Positions 17,672 through 26,331 are shown, numbered from the stretch's first letter. The stretch: 32,000 nt of DNA from Ignicoccus pacificus DSM 13166 (GCA_025340205.1 CP006868.1:600001-632000), one strand, 5' to 3'. A program made the numbers and translations. Notes: generated from the sequence alone by a model not told the origin.

Positions 17672-18652
17672 TTGTCCCTAGAGAACCTAAACGAGCGTCA
17701 GAAGAGGGCTCTTGAGAACGTCCTGAGAGCTCTCAAGGCTAACGACTACGAGTCAGCGAAGGTAATCATAGAGAGTGAGTTCGATGGGGAAACGAGGGAG
17801 GAGGTGATCAAGTACCTAGAGGACTTAGGGTACCACATATCGTTCCACTTAAAGAAGCCCGTTAAGAGCGCTGCTCCGAAGAACTTAGTAATAGTTAGGG
17901 AGAGGCCGAAGACGTTCAAGCCGATAAGCTTCGCTCCGGTCAGAATGCCTTTAACGCCCCCGATCTATAGAGAAAGACCCCTTACTAAGGAGTACGACTT
18001 AGCGCTAATCCCTCTGGCGGGGGCGGTATATTCTTTGATTAAAGAAGCTAAGTACGAGGTATTGATAATGTCTCACAAGCTCCATCCGAAGATATCGAAG
18101 GAGCTCCGAAAGCTCTCTAACCAAGGCTTGGAAGTGAAGGCGCTGCTCTCTGAGGGTTCGTGTGAGAGCATAAGGTTGCTGGGGGGAAGGAGCAAGAGGT
18201 GCTTGATCAAAGAGACCGTTAAGGGTTTGGGGTTAAGGTCCATTCCCTTGGGCCTTGCCCTCTACCTCAACTCTCCCTTCAATTCCTTGGCCGCCGCTAT
18301 AGGCGGGGTGGCCGGACTCTCCCTTCTAGGCTTGTGGGGACTGGCCTTGAGCGCCCTAGTCCTCTCCTCCCCTGCCTACTTGTACGCAGGCTTGCCTTGG
18401 GGCTTGAAGGGGGCCTCCATAACTTCCTTGCTTACCCTAGGTCTATCCTTAAGGGTGAAAAAGAGCAACGTGGAGCTCCGAACATTGGAAAGGGTTCCTT
18501 ATTCCATAGTAGTTGTTGATGGAAAGAAGGCTATCGTCGCCCACGCCCCCTTCTCTTGGAAGGGCGACGTCCTCTCGAGGGTCTACCGCTCTTCCGCCGA
18601 GGAGGCCTTGAGGGAGTTCCGGACTTTCTGGGAGGTTGCCTCTGCTCTATGA
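17672..18652 (+). CDS. Protein with TrmB/PLD-like alpha-beta segments flanking an inserted membrane region
   Basis: The ORF-track start (17594) lies inside the tRNA; TTG 17672 is likelier. Soluble 'YEVLIMSHKLHPKISKELRKLSNQGLEVKALL', hydrophobic stretches, then 'YSIVVVDGKKAIVAHAPFSWKGDVLSRVYRSSAEEALREFRTFWE'. Confidence 0.6.
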   Translation: MSLENLNERQKRALENVLRALKANDYESAKVIIESEFDGETREEVIKYLEDLGYHISFHLKKPVKSAAPKNLVIVRERPKTFKPISFAPVRMPLTPPIYRERPLTKEYDLALIPLAGAVYSLIKEAKYEVLIMSHKLHPKISKELRKLSNQGLEVKALLSEGSCESIRLLGGRSKRCLIKETVKGLGLRSIPLGLALYLNSPFNSLAAAIGGVAGLSLLGLWGLALSALVLSSPAYLYAGLPWGLKGASITSLLTLGLSLRVKKSNVELRTLERVPYSIVVVDGKKAIVAHAPFSWKGDVLSRVYRSSAEEALREFRTFWEVASAL

Positions 18653-18863
18653 CCCATCCCTTCACGTGCCCGGGCGTGACCTCGTAGGACAAGATGTACT
18701 TCTTCCCCCTTAGCTTCCAAAGAATCGTCCTCCAGCACCTCTCCACCTCAACCGGTTCGCCTAGGACCTCAAATTCCGTGCCGCTGGGCAGCTTCTTTAG
18801 CAAGTCCTCGCAGCTGACCTCGCTCTCTCCTCCTTCTATCCTGAGCTTCAAGATCCTTCCCAA
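18531..18863 (-). CDS. Small protein with an Arg/Pro/Ser/Gly-rich C-terminal tail
   Basis: Starts within the 3' end of the archaemetzincin gene (TTG). Beta-rich N-half, basic tail antisense to the neighbouring + gene. Confidence 0.5.
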   Translation of the reverse strand: MGRILKLRIEGGESEVSCEDLLKKLPSGTEFEVLGEPVEVERCWRTILWKLRGKKYILSYEVTPGHVKGWVIEQRQPPRKSGTPSRPPRRKSGRPSRGRRPSKRRGRGRR

Positions 18864-19393
18864 GTGGCCAGAAGCTCCCTAGCCTTTAACTTACAGTCCT
18901 CGCACAAGTTCTCGCTCTTCCTATCCACGTCGAGTATCGAGTTGGAAAAGCTCATGACACACCTAGGATTAGGACAGTGATCAAGGCCTATAAGGTGTCC
19001 CAACTCATGATTTACTTCTTTCCTAACTCTGCTGACGAAGAGGTTCCAGTCCTCTGGCTCTCCGTAAAAGCTCGGTCTAAGCCTCTTCAAGAAGACCGAA
19101 GCCGCCCCGATCCTCGGAAGCGCTATTCCGAACACGAAGTTTAATCCGCTCTCATAGGCGTCGGCGTCAACTAGGAACACCAAGAACTCTCCTCTGGCCT
19201 TCTCTTGTGCTAGTTTCATGGTTAAGGCTGAGGCCAAGTACTGCAACCTCTCCCAGTTGAACGTCTCCATAGGAGGTTCGACCTTGAATGGATCTACTAT
19301 CACCTTGAGACCGTATTCGCTAGCTATAGCGTCTGCGGCTTCATATATCAGTTCCGTGGAAACGTCGCCTACCCTCTTCAGCCTCACTATCAT
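18848..19393 (-). CDS. amzA: Archaemetzincin (metallopeptidase)
   Basis: 'NHELGHLIGLDHCPNPRCVMSFSNSILDVDRKSENLCEDC' matches the HExxHxxGxxHCx4CxM...CxxC archaemetzincin motif. Confidence 0.93.
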   Translation of the reverse strand: MIVRLKRVGDVSTELIYEAADAIASEYGLKVIVDPFKVEPPMETFNWERLQYLASALTMKLAQEKARGEFLVFLVDADAYESGLNFVFGIALPRIGAASVFLKRLRPSFYGEPEDWNLFVSRVRKEVNHELGHLIGLDHCPNPRCVMSFSNSILDVDRKSENLCEDCKLKARELLATWEGS

Positions 19394-19447
19394 CCCTACT
19401 CTCCAGAAGCCATGGGAGAACGGGAGTAGATAATCTTACGAGGGGTC

Positions 19448-19498
19448 GTCACCAGAAACCGTCTTCATCCATTCAGTCAATCTAGCTCTCTTCATCCC
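19448..19498 (-). ncRNA. Weak box C/D-like sRNA candidate
   Basis: Minus strand: GATGA-15nt-CTGA-3nt-GATGA-12nt-GTGA. The D box is degenerate. Confidence 0.22.
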
Positions 19499-19559
19499 TT
19501 CGGAGGGGTTCCACTCCCAACTTAAAAGCAAGAGTCGAATATCCCTTTTTGGTGAGAGG

Positions 19560-19904
19560 ATGTCCAACGCAATCAAGAAGGCAGCCGAGTTACTCAAGGA
19601 AGGAGCTGTAATGCTCCCCGAGACTTGTCCCATCTGCGGATCCCCGCTGTACAAGCTGAGGGATGGCAGGATAGTATGCCCAGTTCACGGAGAGATAATG
19701 AAGATAAAGAGCAAGAAGCAAGAGACCGAAATGAAGGTCGATAATGCTCTCGATGACTTGATAAACGCTATGATACTGAAGGTTAGGGAGTTCACGGCGA
19801 AGGTTCCTAACGCTACAAAGTTGGATGCGGAAGAACTGGGTATATGGTTGAAGAACTTAGATATAGCTATAGAGATTAGAAACAAATTGAAGGTAGAGAA
19901 ATAA
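19560..19904 (+). CDS. SSSCA1 (autoantigen p27)-type zinc-ribbon protein
   Basis: 'AAELLKEGAVMLPETCPICGSPLYKLRDGRIVCPVHG' family signature. Confidence 0.82.
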   Translation: MSNAIKKAAELLKEGAVMLPETCPICGSPLYKLRDGRIVCPVHGEIMKIKSKKQETEMKVDNALDDLINAMILKVREFTAKVPNATKLDAEELGIWLKNLDIAIEIRNKLKVEK

Positions 19905-19905
19905 C

Positions 19906-20448
19906 CTAGAGTTCCCCTATTATTTCCTCGGCCTTTGCTATCCTGGCCCCGTAGACCAACTTCATGTAATCCAACCACCTTCCTTGTTCTTCCTTCGGCA
20001 CACTCATGGTTCCATCACTCACCACGGTTACCCTATACCCTCTGAAGTAGGCGTCAGCCGCCGTGTGGAGCACGCAAACGTTTGTAGCGACTCCCGTGAG
20101 GATTACCTCATCGACTCCCAGTTCTCTCAAAAGTAAATCCAAGTCCGTCTGGAAGAACGCGCTGTACCTCCTCTTAGTAACGACGAAGTCCCTCCCGCTC
20201 GGTTTCAACTCATCTACTACTTGAGCCCCCCAAGTTCCCCTGACCGCGTGCTCCCCCCAGAGCTGAAGTTCCTTGTCAACGCCCGGTATGTGGGAGTCGT
20301 TGGTATAGATCACCGGTAGAGATCTTCTCTCGAACTCTTCCTTCAATTTTTTAATATTTGGGATTATTTCCTCAGATCCGGGAACGTAGAGCTTCCCTTC
20401 CTTCCTCACGAAGTCATTTAACATGTCTATTACAAGGAGGGCCTTCAT
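19906..20448 (-). CDS. Isochorismatase-family hydrolase, probable nicotinamidase
   Basis: 'ALLVIDMLNDFV', 'KRRYSAFFQTDLDLLLRELGVDEVILTGVATNVCVLHTAADAYFRGYRV' (catalytic D/K/C). Confidence 0.9.
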   Translation of the reverse strand: MKALLVIDMLNDFVRKEGKLYVPGSEEIIPNIKKLKEEFERRSLPVIYTNDSHIPGVDKELQLWGEHAVRGTWGAQVVDELKPSGRDFVVTKRRYSAFFQTDLDLLLRELGVDEVILTGVATNVCVLHTAADAYFRGYRVTVVSDGTMSVPKEEQGRWLDYMKLVYGARIAKAEEIIGEL

Positions 20449-20539
20449 TTCGCAGACCCCGAGTAATCAGAAGTACGACCCTAACTAGTCATATAGCTAA
20501 GGACTCTAGCTCAAAAGCCTTCGAGCGGCTCAAGCTAAC

Positions 20540-20625
20540 GCCCCGCCGTTCCCGGCGACGGCTGGGAGGCCTTACGCCCGCTGGAAGCGGGCGGATGGGC
20601 TTACCGCCTCCACGGCGGGGCACAC
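20540..20625. ncRNA. GC-rich structured RNA candidate (three-way junction)
   Basis: Outer stem GCCCCGCCG (20540-20548) with CGGCGGGGC (20613-20621). Inside, one hairpin (CCGT/ACGG) and a second arm closed by GGAGGC/GCCTCC with a CGCCCGC-TGGAA-GCGGGCG hairpin. No convincing ORF. Confidence 0.45.
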
Positions 20626-20664
20626 CTAAAGATCCTCTAGACCTCGAGATCTTAGGCATCGACC

Positions 20665-21237
20665 TTGGTAAGGAGGGGTAAGAGCAGCGAGGAGTTGGCG
20701 AAGCAGTTACTCCAAGCGATAGGATTTGATATCATAGAGAGCAACAAAGAGATAATAATAAATGGAAGAGTAATAGCTGAGGTGGATATCTACGCTAGAG
20801 CGCCGTGCTCACACTACGCCGTCGAGGTAAAGGCGGGAAAGGTGGACGTGGGGGCAGTCAGACAAGCCTACGCCAATGCCAAGGCGCTTAACGCTATCCC
20901 TATGGTAATGGGATCAGGCTGGGCGAACGAGGAGGCGAGGCTCCTAGCTGAGAAGCTCGACGTTAAGTACTTGCTCTTTGATGATCTATTCGTAAGCACA
21001 AAGGAGGAACTGTATGACATGATAAGAATAGCCATGGAAGAGGTAATAGCCGACGTAGTGGGCTCCGTAAGACCTTCGGAGGAGGCTTGCAAGCTCTTGG
21101 AGCTGGAGGAGGGGTCTGAGGAGTTCTTAGAAACGTTGAAGAGGCTGAAGAAGGAAGGGATACTCCCAAAAAGGGGGACGCTGAAGCTGTACTTGGCACT
21201 GGCTCAATTATCTTGCTACTTGGCAAAGCCTTACTGA
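20665..21237 (+). CDS. Predicted PD-(D/E)XK (RecB-family) nuclease-like protein
   Basis: 'AEVDIYARAPCSHYAVEVKAGKV' matches the D...ExK nuclease core. TTG start. Confidence 0.65.
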   Translation: MVRRGKSSEELAKQLLQAIGFDIIESNKEIIINGRVIAEVDIYARAPCSHYAVEVKAGKVDVGAVRQAYANAKALNAIPMVMGSGWANEEARLLAEKLDVKYLLFDDLFVSTKEELYDMIRIAMEEVIADVVGSVRPSEEACKLLELEEGSEEFLETLKRLKKEGILPKRGTLKLYLALAQLSCYLAKPY

Positions 21238-21521
21238 GTTTCGAATGTGAAACCTTTCAAGTCTCTTATCATCTCCTTGAGCATCGGATACAAGAGCTCG
21301 GCCGTCTTCTGCTTCGCTCTCGGATCCTTCTTCACCGCCTCTATCGTGGCCTTGAGAAGGGGATCGCTTACCTTCAAGTTCCTCCTATCTACTTCTACCA
21401 ACAACTCGTGAATTACTTGCTTGTCTTCTTCGTCAGCTATCTTAAGCAACTCCTCCGCTGTGGCCTTGATTAGAAGCAATATGGCCGCTCCGCTCTCCTC
21501 AGACGGTATCCGGAAGCTCAA
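21231..21521 (-). CDS. Small helical hypothetical protein (96 aa)
   Basis: Intact charged helical ORF, convergent with the nuclease gene. Confidence 0.55.
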   Translation of the reverse strand: MSFRIPSEESGAAILLLIKATAEELLKIADEEDKQVIHELLVEVDRRNLKVSDPLLKATIEAVKKDPRAKQKTAELLYPMLKEMIRDLKGFTFETQ

Positions 21522-21563
21522 GGTTTTTCTTCCTAAAGGTCGAGATAGAGGTTAGTAAAAAGC

Positions 21564-22469
21564 TCAGCTCACCGACCCATGGTATATCGTTCCAGTCTTG
21601 GTTCCTATAAGAACCTCCGTTTCGTTGAGCCAGCCTATTGCGCTAACCTCGTCCACCCCGAAGTCAGCAATTACGTGACCGCGGAGGTCGTAGACCCTCA
21701 CACCTTCCCCATCGACGAAGTCGTAGTAGTGAACCGCTACCTTGTCGCAGAGAGGTGACAGCTTCACCGTAGCCTTTGGAGCTATCTTCATCAACTCCAC
21801 TTTTATGCTGAGTATCTCGTTAGCTTCCGTACCGTTAAGCTTGTACAGCAATAAGCGATCGCTGGTCTTTACCGCTAGCACATCGCCGCAGACGTCTGCC
21901 CCTTGCAAGTCATCATAGCCATAAGTTTGTCTTAAGTCGCCGTTGGCATCAATGACCACTACCAAGCCCTTAACGGTATCGACGTAGAACACCTCGTCGC
22001 CGTGACCGATGAGCTTTGAGGTCTTGAATAGGTCGGTATCCGCTCTCACAGCCCAGAGCCTTTCCCCTTGGAAATTGTAGGCTGCTATCACTCCGTTGAG
22101 CGCGTCGTATCCCACGATAATTGGTCTCTCACCTTTCCCCACTTTGATCATAGCTATGGAATCGGTTGGGTTAAACGGCCAGAAGTCTACCTTAAACTTA
22201 GCATTAAAGGAACCCACCTCCTTTAGGTTGGTGGCATTGTAGAGCTCTACAGTCCCCTCGTCGAAGGATATTGCAAAAGTTCCGCAACAGTAGGCGGCGC
22301 TCTTGATGGGCTCGTAGTACCTGTACCCCGTTATCCATCCCTTTGGACCGAGGAGTCCCGCTTGAGTCTTCCATACGATAAGAGTTCCGTAGGGGCTCCA
22401 TACTATCTGGTGCACTGAGGATGCCATCGTCATAGCTATTAGACTCAAGAGTACAGCGGAGCCCCTCAC
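21564..22469 (-). CDS. Secreted beta-propeller-like protein
   Basis: N-terminal signal-like 'MRGSAVLLSLIAMTMASS', then repeated WD/PQQ-like blades ('VWSPYGTLIVWKTQ', 'ISFDEGTVELYNA', 'VVVIDANGDLRQTY', 'GVRVYDLRGHVIADF'). Confidence 0.65.
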   Translation of the reverse strand: MRGSAVLLSLIAMTMASSVHQIVWSPYGTLIVWKTQAGLLGPKGWITGYRYYEPIKSAAYCCGTFAISFDEGTVELYNATNLKEVGSFNAKFKVDFWPFNPTDSIAMIKVGKGERPIIVGYDALNGVIAAYNFQGERLWAVRADTDLFKTSKLIGHGDEVFYVDTVKGLVVVIDANGDLRQTYGYDDLQGADVCGDVLAVKTSDRLLLYKLNGTEANEILSIKVELMKIAPKATVKLSPLCDKVAVHYYDFVDGEGVRVYDLRGHVIADFGVDEVSAIGWLNETEVLIGTKTGTIYHGSVS

Positions 22470-22540
22470 ACTCTCACCGATTAAGCAAACAATACTATCT
22501 TAATCAGGTTTGGTTTTACTTTAGTGATTAAAGGATTAAG

Positions 22541-22550
22541 AAGAATTCTT
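22541..22550. other. Palindrome AAGAATTCTT with flanking inverted arms (ATTAAG ... CTTAAT, 22535-22553)
   Basis: Direct reading in the AT-rich gap between ubiD 3' end and the propeller gene start. Confidence 0.4.
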
Positions 22551-22563
22551 AATAAGTATAGAA

Positions 22564-24021
22564 TCACTCGGGCTTAACTTCGCTTGGAAAGCCGTAGCTC
22601 TCCCACCTACTCTTCACGAGCTCTACCAGCTTAGGATCTGGCTCAGTCCTCTCCGGCCATTCATATCCGCACTCCTCCTTCCACTTCCTAGTAGCATCTA
22701 TTCCCATCTTGGAAGCTATAGGAGGAGTAGGGGTTGTGTGATCCAGTACGTCGGTAACGTCGTTCTCGATTATTACGACGTCTCTCTTGGGGTCGACAGT
22801 GGAAGCTATGGCATACATGACTTCTCCTATATCATGAACGTCTACATCTTCATCTACCACAATTATCATTTTGGTGAACGACATCTGTCCAAGACCCCAG
22901 AGGGAGTGCATGACCTTTCTGGCGTGTCCCGGATACTTTTTCTTTATTGAAACTATCGCTATTCCGTGAAAGAGCCCTTCGGGAGGGAGGTTTACGTCCA
23001 CTATTTCCGGGATTAACCACTTCATCAACGGGAGGAATATCCTCTCCGTCGCCTTGCCTATGTAGGCGTCCTCCATAGGAGGCCTTCCCACTACGGTTCC
23101 GTAGTATATGGGGTCTTTCCTAGCGTACATCTTCTCTAAATGGAAGACTGGGTAAAGGTCCCTAGGGGTGTAGTAGCCCGTGTGGTCCCCAAAGGGGCCC
23201 TCCCAAGCGAGCTCCTCGGTGTCCACGTAGCCTACCAACAGCGCCTCCGCGTTTGCTGGGGCGAGTAGGCCGTTATCGAGCTCTATTACTGGAACGGAGG
23301 ATCCCTTCAGTATGCCAGCAAACATGTACTTGTCTATTCCCTCTGGGACGGGAAGGGCTCCGGTTAGGAGGGTGGCGGGATCTCCTCCTATGGCGATAGC
23401 AACTGGCATCTTCCTTATACCTTTCTTCTTGTATTTCAAGTAGTTCTGTGCTCCCCTCTTGTGCACTTGCCAATGAACCACCGCCCTCCTGGGAGAGTAG
23501 ACCATAATTCTGTAGACTCCGAAGTTGTGGACCTCCGTGTCGGGATCCTTAGTTATGGTAAGGGCGTAGGTGAAGTATCTGGAGGCGTCCTTCGGCCAAG
23601 TCTTGAAGGTAGGTATTGAAAGGAGATCTGGCTCCAGCTCCCTCTCTTGTACCGCTCCTTTCCTAACCTTCTTGGGTAAGTACTTACCCATCCCGATCAT
23701 TTCGCTTAGCTTCCTCAGCTTTCCGGTCACTCCCTCCGCTTTCCCCTTAAATGGAGCTAAGAACCTCTCACCTATCTCCTCTAAGTTCTCAGTTCCTAAG
23801 GCTATCTTGATCAATTCCATTGAACCAAATATGTTGCCAACCACCCTCCAGTCCTCATATCCCTTCAACTTGTTGAAGAGCACTGCCTTGGGATACCTCT
23901 TCCACATCAAATGCCTCAGTATCTCGGGAACCTCCTCAACCGGGTCTACCTCAACGTTAACTTCGTGAAGGAGATCCCTCTCCTTTAAGTGATCTAAGTA
24001 AGATCTCAAGTCCTCAAACAA
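22564..24021 (-). CDS. UbiD-family (prenylated-flavin dependent) decarboxylase
   Basis: 'FEDLRSYLDHLKERDLLHEV', 'HWQVHKRGAQNYLKYKKKGI.KMPVAIAIGGDPA', 'EDVDVHDIGEVMYAIASTVDPKRDVVII', 'KMGIDATRKW'. Confidence 0.93.
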   Translation of the reverse strand: MFEDLRSYLDHLKERDLLHEVNVEVDPVEEVPEILRHLMWKRYPKAVLFNKLKGYEDWRVVGNIFGSMELIKIALGTENLEEIGERFLAPFKGKAEGVTGKLRKLSEMIGMGKYLPKKVRKGAVQERELEPDLLSIPTFKTWPKDASRYFTYALTITKDPDTEVHNFGVYRIMVYSPRRAVVHWQVHKRGAQNYLKYKKKGIRKMPVAIAIGGDPATLLTGALPVPEGIDKYMFAGILKGSSVPVIELDNGLLAPANAEALLVGYVDTEELAWEGPFGDHTGYYTPRDLYPVFHLEKMYARKDPIYYGTVVGRPPMEDAYIGKATERIFLPLMKWLIPEIVDVNLPPEGLFHGIAIVSIKKKYPGHARKVMHSLWGLGQMSFTKMIIVVDEDVDVHDIGEVMYAIASTVDPKRDVVIIENDVTDVLDHTTPTPPIASKMGIDATRKWKEECGYEWPERTEPDPKLVELVKSRWESYGFPSEVKPE

Positions 24022-24055
24022 GCTGAGACCCTAAAGGAAAAGCTCTCGGGATCAT

Positions 24056-25099
24056 TCAAAGGTATCTGAGCACCCTGAAGAACGTATCCCTTTGGGCGGG
24101 AATCCTATCGGAGGTCCTCGCATAGTGGGCGAGCTCCTCCAGGGTGGCATAGCCCTCGTACTGCTTAGCCGACTTGAATATCCTCTCGCTGAAGGCCGTT
24201 CCCACCAAGTCTGATCCTCCGAAGGCCAACAAGGCCGAGGAATACTTCTTACCATAGGCTACCCAGTATACCGAAATGTTGTCGATGAAGCCGCTGAGCA
24301 TTATCCTCGACATGGCAATGATCTTCGCGTCGTAGACAGCTGAAGCCTCGTGTTCAACTAATCCCCTCCTCTTGAGCTCCGTGTTCCAAGGCTTGAACTT
24401 CAAAGGTATAAAGGTAAGGAATCCCCCCGTCTTCTCTTGCAACCTCCTTATCTTGAACAGATGCTTTATTACGTGCTCAGGCTTTTCCACGTGTCCATAA
24501 AGCATGGTAGCGTTTGTCCTAATTCCAACATCGTGAGCTATCTCCATTACCCTGAGCCACTCCTCGGGATCCTTGGCAGGAGCGATCACCCTAAGCACCT
24601 CCTCGTCTAGTATTTCCGCCCCTCCTCCTGGCATGGCATCGAGGCCGGCTTCCTTCAGTCTCTCGAGGACCTCCCTCACGCTCATCCTATTTCTCCTAGC
24701 TAAGTAAGATACCTCGGTAGCGGTGAGCGCCTTTATGGTCATCTTAGGCCATCTTCTCTTAACCTCTCTGAAGAACTCCTCAAAGTACTCTACGGTTAGA
24801 TCTGGAACCATTCCTCCTACGACGTGTAGCTCCGTAGCGCCCAAGGAATAGGCCTCAGCTGCCATCTTCAACATGTCTTCGATACTTAGGAAGTACGCGT
24901 CTTTGTCTCCTTCCTTACGATAAAACGCGCAGAGGGGACATCTGTAGACGCAGACGTTCGTGTAATTTATATTATAATTGGCTACGAAAGTTACTACGTC
25001 ACCTACGCTCTTTCTCCGAAGGTCCTCCGCTATCTTCATGAGGTCATGTATGTCGTAATGCCACAGATCCAATGCCTCGGACGGCGTATCTGCTTGCAA
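24056..25099 (-). CDS. mqnE: Aminofutalosine synthase-like radical SAM enzyme
   Basis: CxxxCxxC 'CVYRCPLCAFYR', 'ELHVVGGMVPDL', 'KALTATEVSY', 'MPGGGAEIL', 'NATMLYGHVE', 'GGFLTFIPLKF'. Confidence 0.85.
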   Translation of the reverse strand: MQADTPSEALDLWHYDIHDLMKIAEDLRRKSVGDVVTFVANYNINYTNVCVYRCPLCAFYRKEGDKDAYFLSIEDMLKMAAEAYSLGATELHVVGGMVPDLTVEYFEEFFREVKRRWPKMTIKALTATEVSYLARRNRMSVREVLERLKEAGLDAMPGGGAEILDEEVLRVIAPAKDPEEWLRVMEIAHDVGIRTNATMLYGHVEKPEHVIKHLFKIRRLQEKTGGFLTFIPLKFKPWNTELKRRGLVEHEASAVYDAKIIAMSRIMLSGFIDNISVYWVAYGKKYSSALLAFGGSDLVGTAFSERIFKSAKQYEGYATLEELAHYARTSDRIPAQRDTFFRVLRYL

Positions 25100-25131
25100 T
25101 CATGACCTCCTACAAGGGCTCGTGAAAGGGA

Positions 25132-26331
25132 TTAGAAGGGTTTGCGAAAGATAGTGTCGCTCCAGTCCTCTGAGAGCTTAACCCTACCGAAGCTGAGGTA
25201 CTTCGGCTCCCCCTGAAAGCACGTCCTAACCTTAACGAGCTTCTCTTGATACCTTATCCTAACCACCTCCCCCAGCACCTCGTTCCCACTTCCGTCGCCT
25301 AAGGCGACTAAGAGTCCTCTCTCCTCGCCCTCCTCTATCACTTCCACCTCTTTCACCTTCCTATACTTAGATCCTTTCCTAACCACTGCTATTACCTTCT
25401 TGTTATAAGGAACTACTATTAATGGTTTAGTACCTATGAGTTTGGTCACCGCTTCCTTCAGCTCCTCTCCTCCCCAAGGAGAGTTGAAGATGATGGAGTA
25501 GAGGGGATGCACTTCTTTCAAATCTATGTCTATGGTCTTACACCCTTCCAAGGCCTTCCTATACTTTTCCTTTCTTATCCCTCTCCTATCCTCCCTGCTC
25601 CTGGACCTTCCCGTAGAAGGGGGCAAGGAAAGCACCTTCCAAGGTCCTTGGGTCCACCAAGGAGGCTCTCCCATGTATATCACCAGCTCCGGTCTCACCG
25701 CCTCCAACAAGGAGCGCTTGTAGTAGCCAGCGTCAAATCCCTCAACCCAACCGTCGGTGTCGAGGACGTAGCTCGAGGAGGTCAAGGAAGCGACCGCCCC
25801 TATAACTCTCGACTGACACACTGCTGGAGTTATCGTCCCCGTGAACTTGCTTACTTGAGGCACCAAGTCGTTTAAAGTAAAGATGTAATCCTTAGCTTTA
25901 GTTTTACAGACAGTTGTTGGAAGGCAAAAGTTGCTTTGACCTACGTCAGAGTTTATTATTTCGATTTCCTTCCCCTTATTGAGCATGATGTTTACTAAGG
26001 TAGCCGTAACGCTGCTCTTCCCGCTATCCGTAGGTCCTAGTATAACCACCCTCTCAGCGTCGACCTCGTTCAGCTTATCCTCCCACACCTTTGATACGTT
26101 GTAATCTGTCAGCTTAACCTCTGATGTGGACGTTAAGGATACACTAACTTTCATGTCCTCGAGGGCCCTCACCACGTAGGTCCTCCACTGAGGAACAATG
26201 ATGAAGTCGCTTTTGCTCAAGACCTTTCCCATAAGCGTTCCCTTTCCTTCCACAACCCTCAGAGCAGCGGGTCCCGATATCTCCAAGAACTTGCCCTGTG
26301 GAATTAGAATTTCCTTATGATCTATCATCAT
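25132..26331 (-). CDS. Grc3/Clp1-family polynucleotide 5'-hydroxyl kinase
   Basis: Walker A 'ILGPTDSGKSSVTATL', 'INSDVGQSNFCLP', 'VLDTDGWV' and 'RPELVIYM'. Confidence 0.82.
   Translation of the reverse strand: MMIDHKEILIPQGKFLEISGPAALRVVEGKGTLMGKVLSKSDFIIVPQWRTYVVRALEDMKVSVSLTSTSEVKLTDYNVSKVWEDKLNEVDAERVVILGPTDSGKSSVTATLVNIMLNKGKEIEIINSDVGQSNFCLPTTVCKTKAKDYIFTLNDLVPQVSKFTGTITPAVCQSRVIGAVASLTSSSYVLDTDGWVEGFDAGYYKRSLLEAVRPELVIYMGEPPWWTQGPWKVLSLPPSTGRSRSREDRRGIRKEKYRKALEGCKTIDIDLKEVHPLYSIIFNSPWGGEELKEAVTKLIGTKPLIVVPYNKKVIAVVRKGSKYRKVKEVEVIEEGEERGLLVALGDGSGNEVLGEVVRIRYQEKLVKVRTCFQGEPKYLSFGRVKLSEDWSDTIFRKPF

Noticed and set aside
19436-19654. 72-aa minus-strand ORF before the archaemetzincin gene
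   Set aside because: It overlaps the well-supported SSSCA1-type zinc-ribbon gene on the other strand and has no recognisable features.
20358-20681. 107-aa plus-strand ORF across the GC-rich gap
   Set aside because: It overlaps the isochorismatase gene antisense, its composition is Pro/Arg/Gly-rich, and it covers the RNA-like stems. It is most likely a by-product of high GC.
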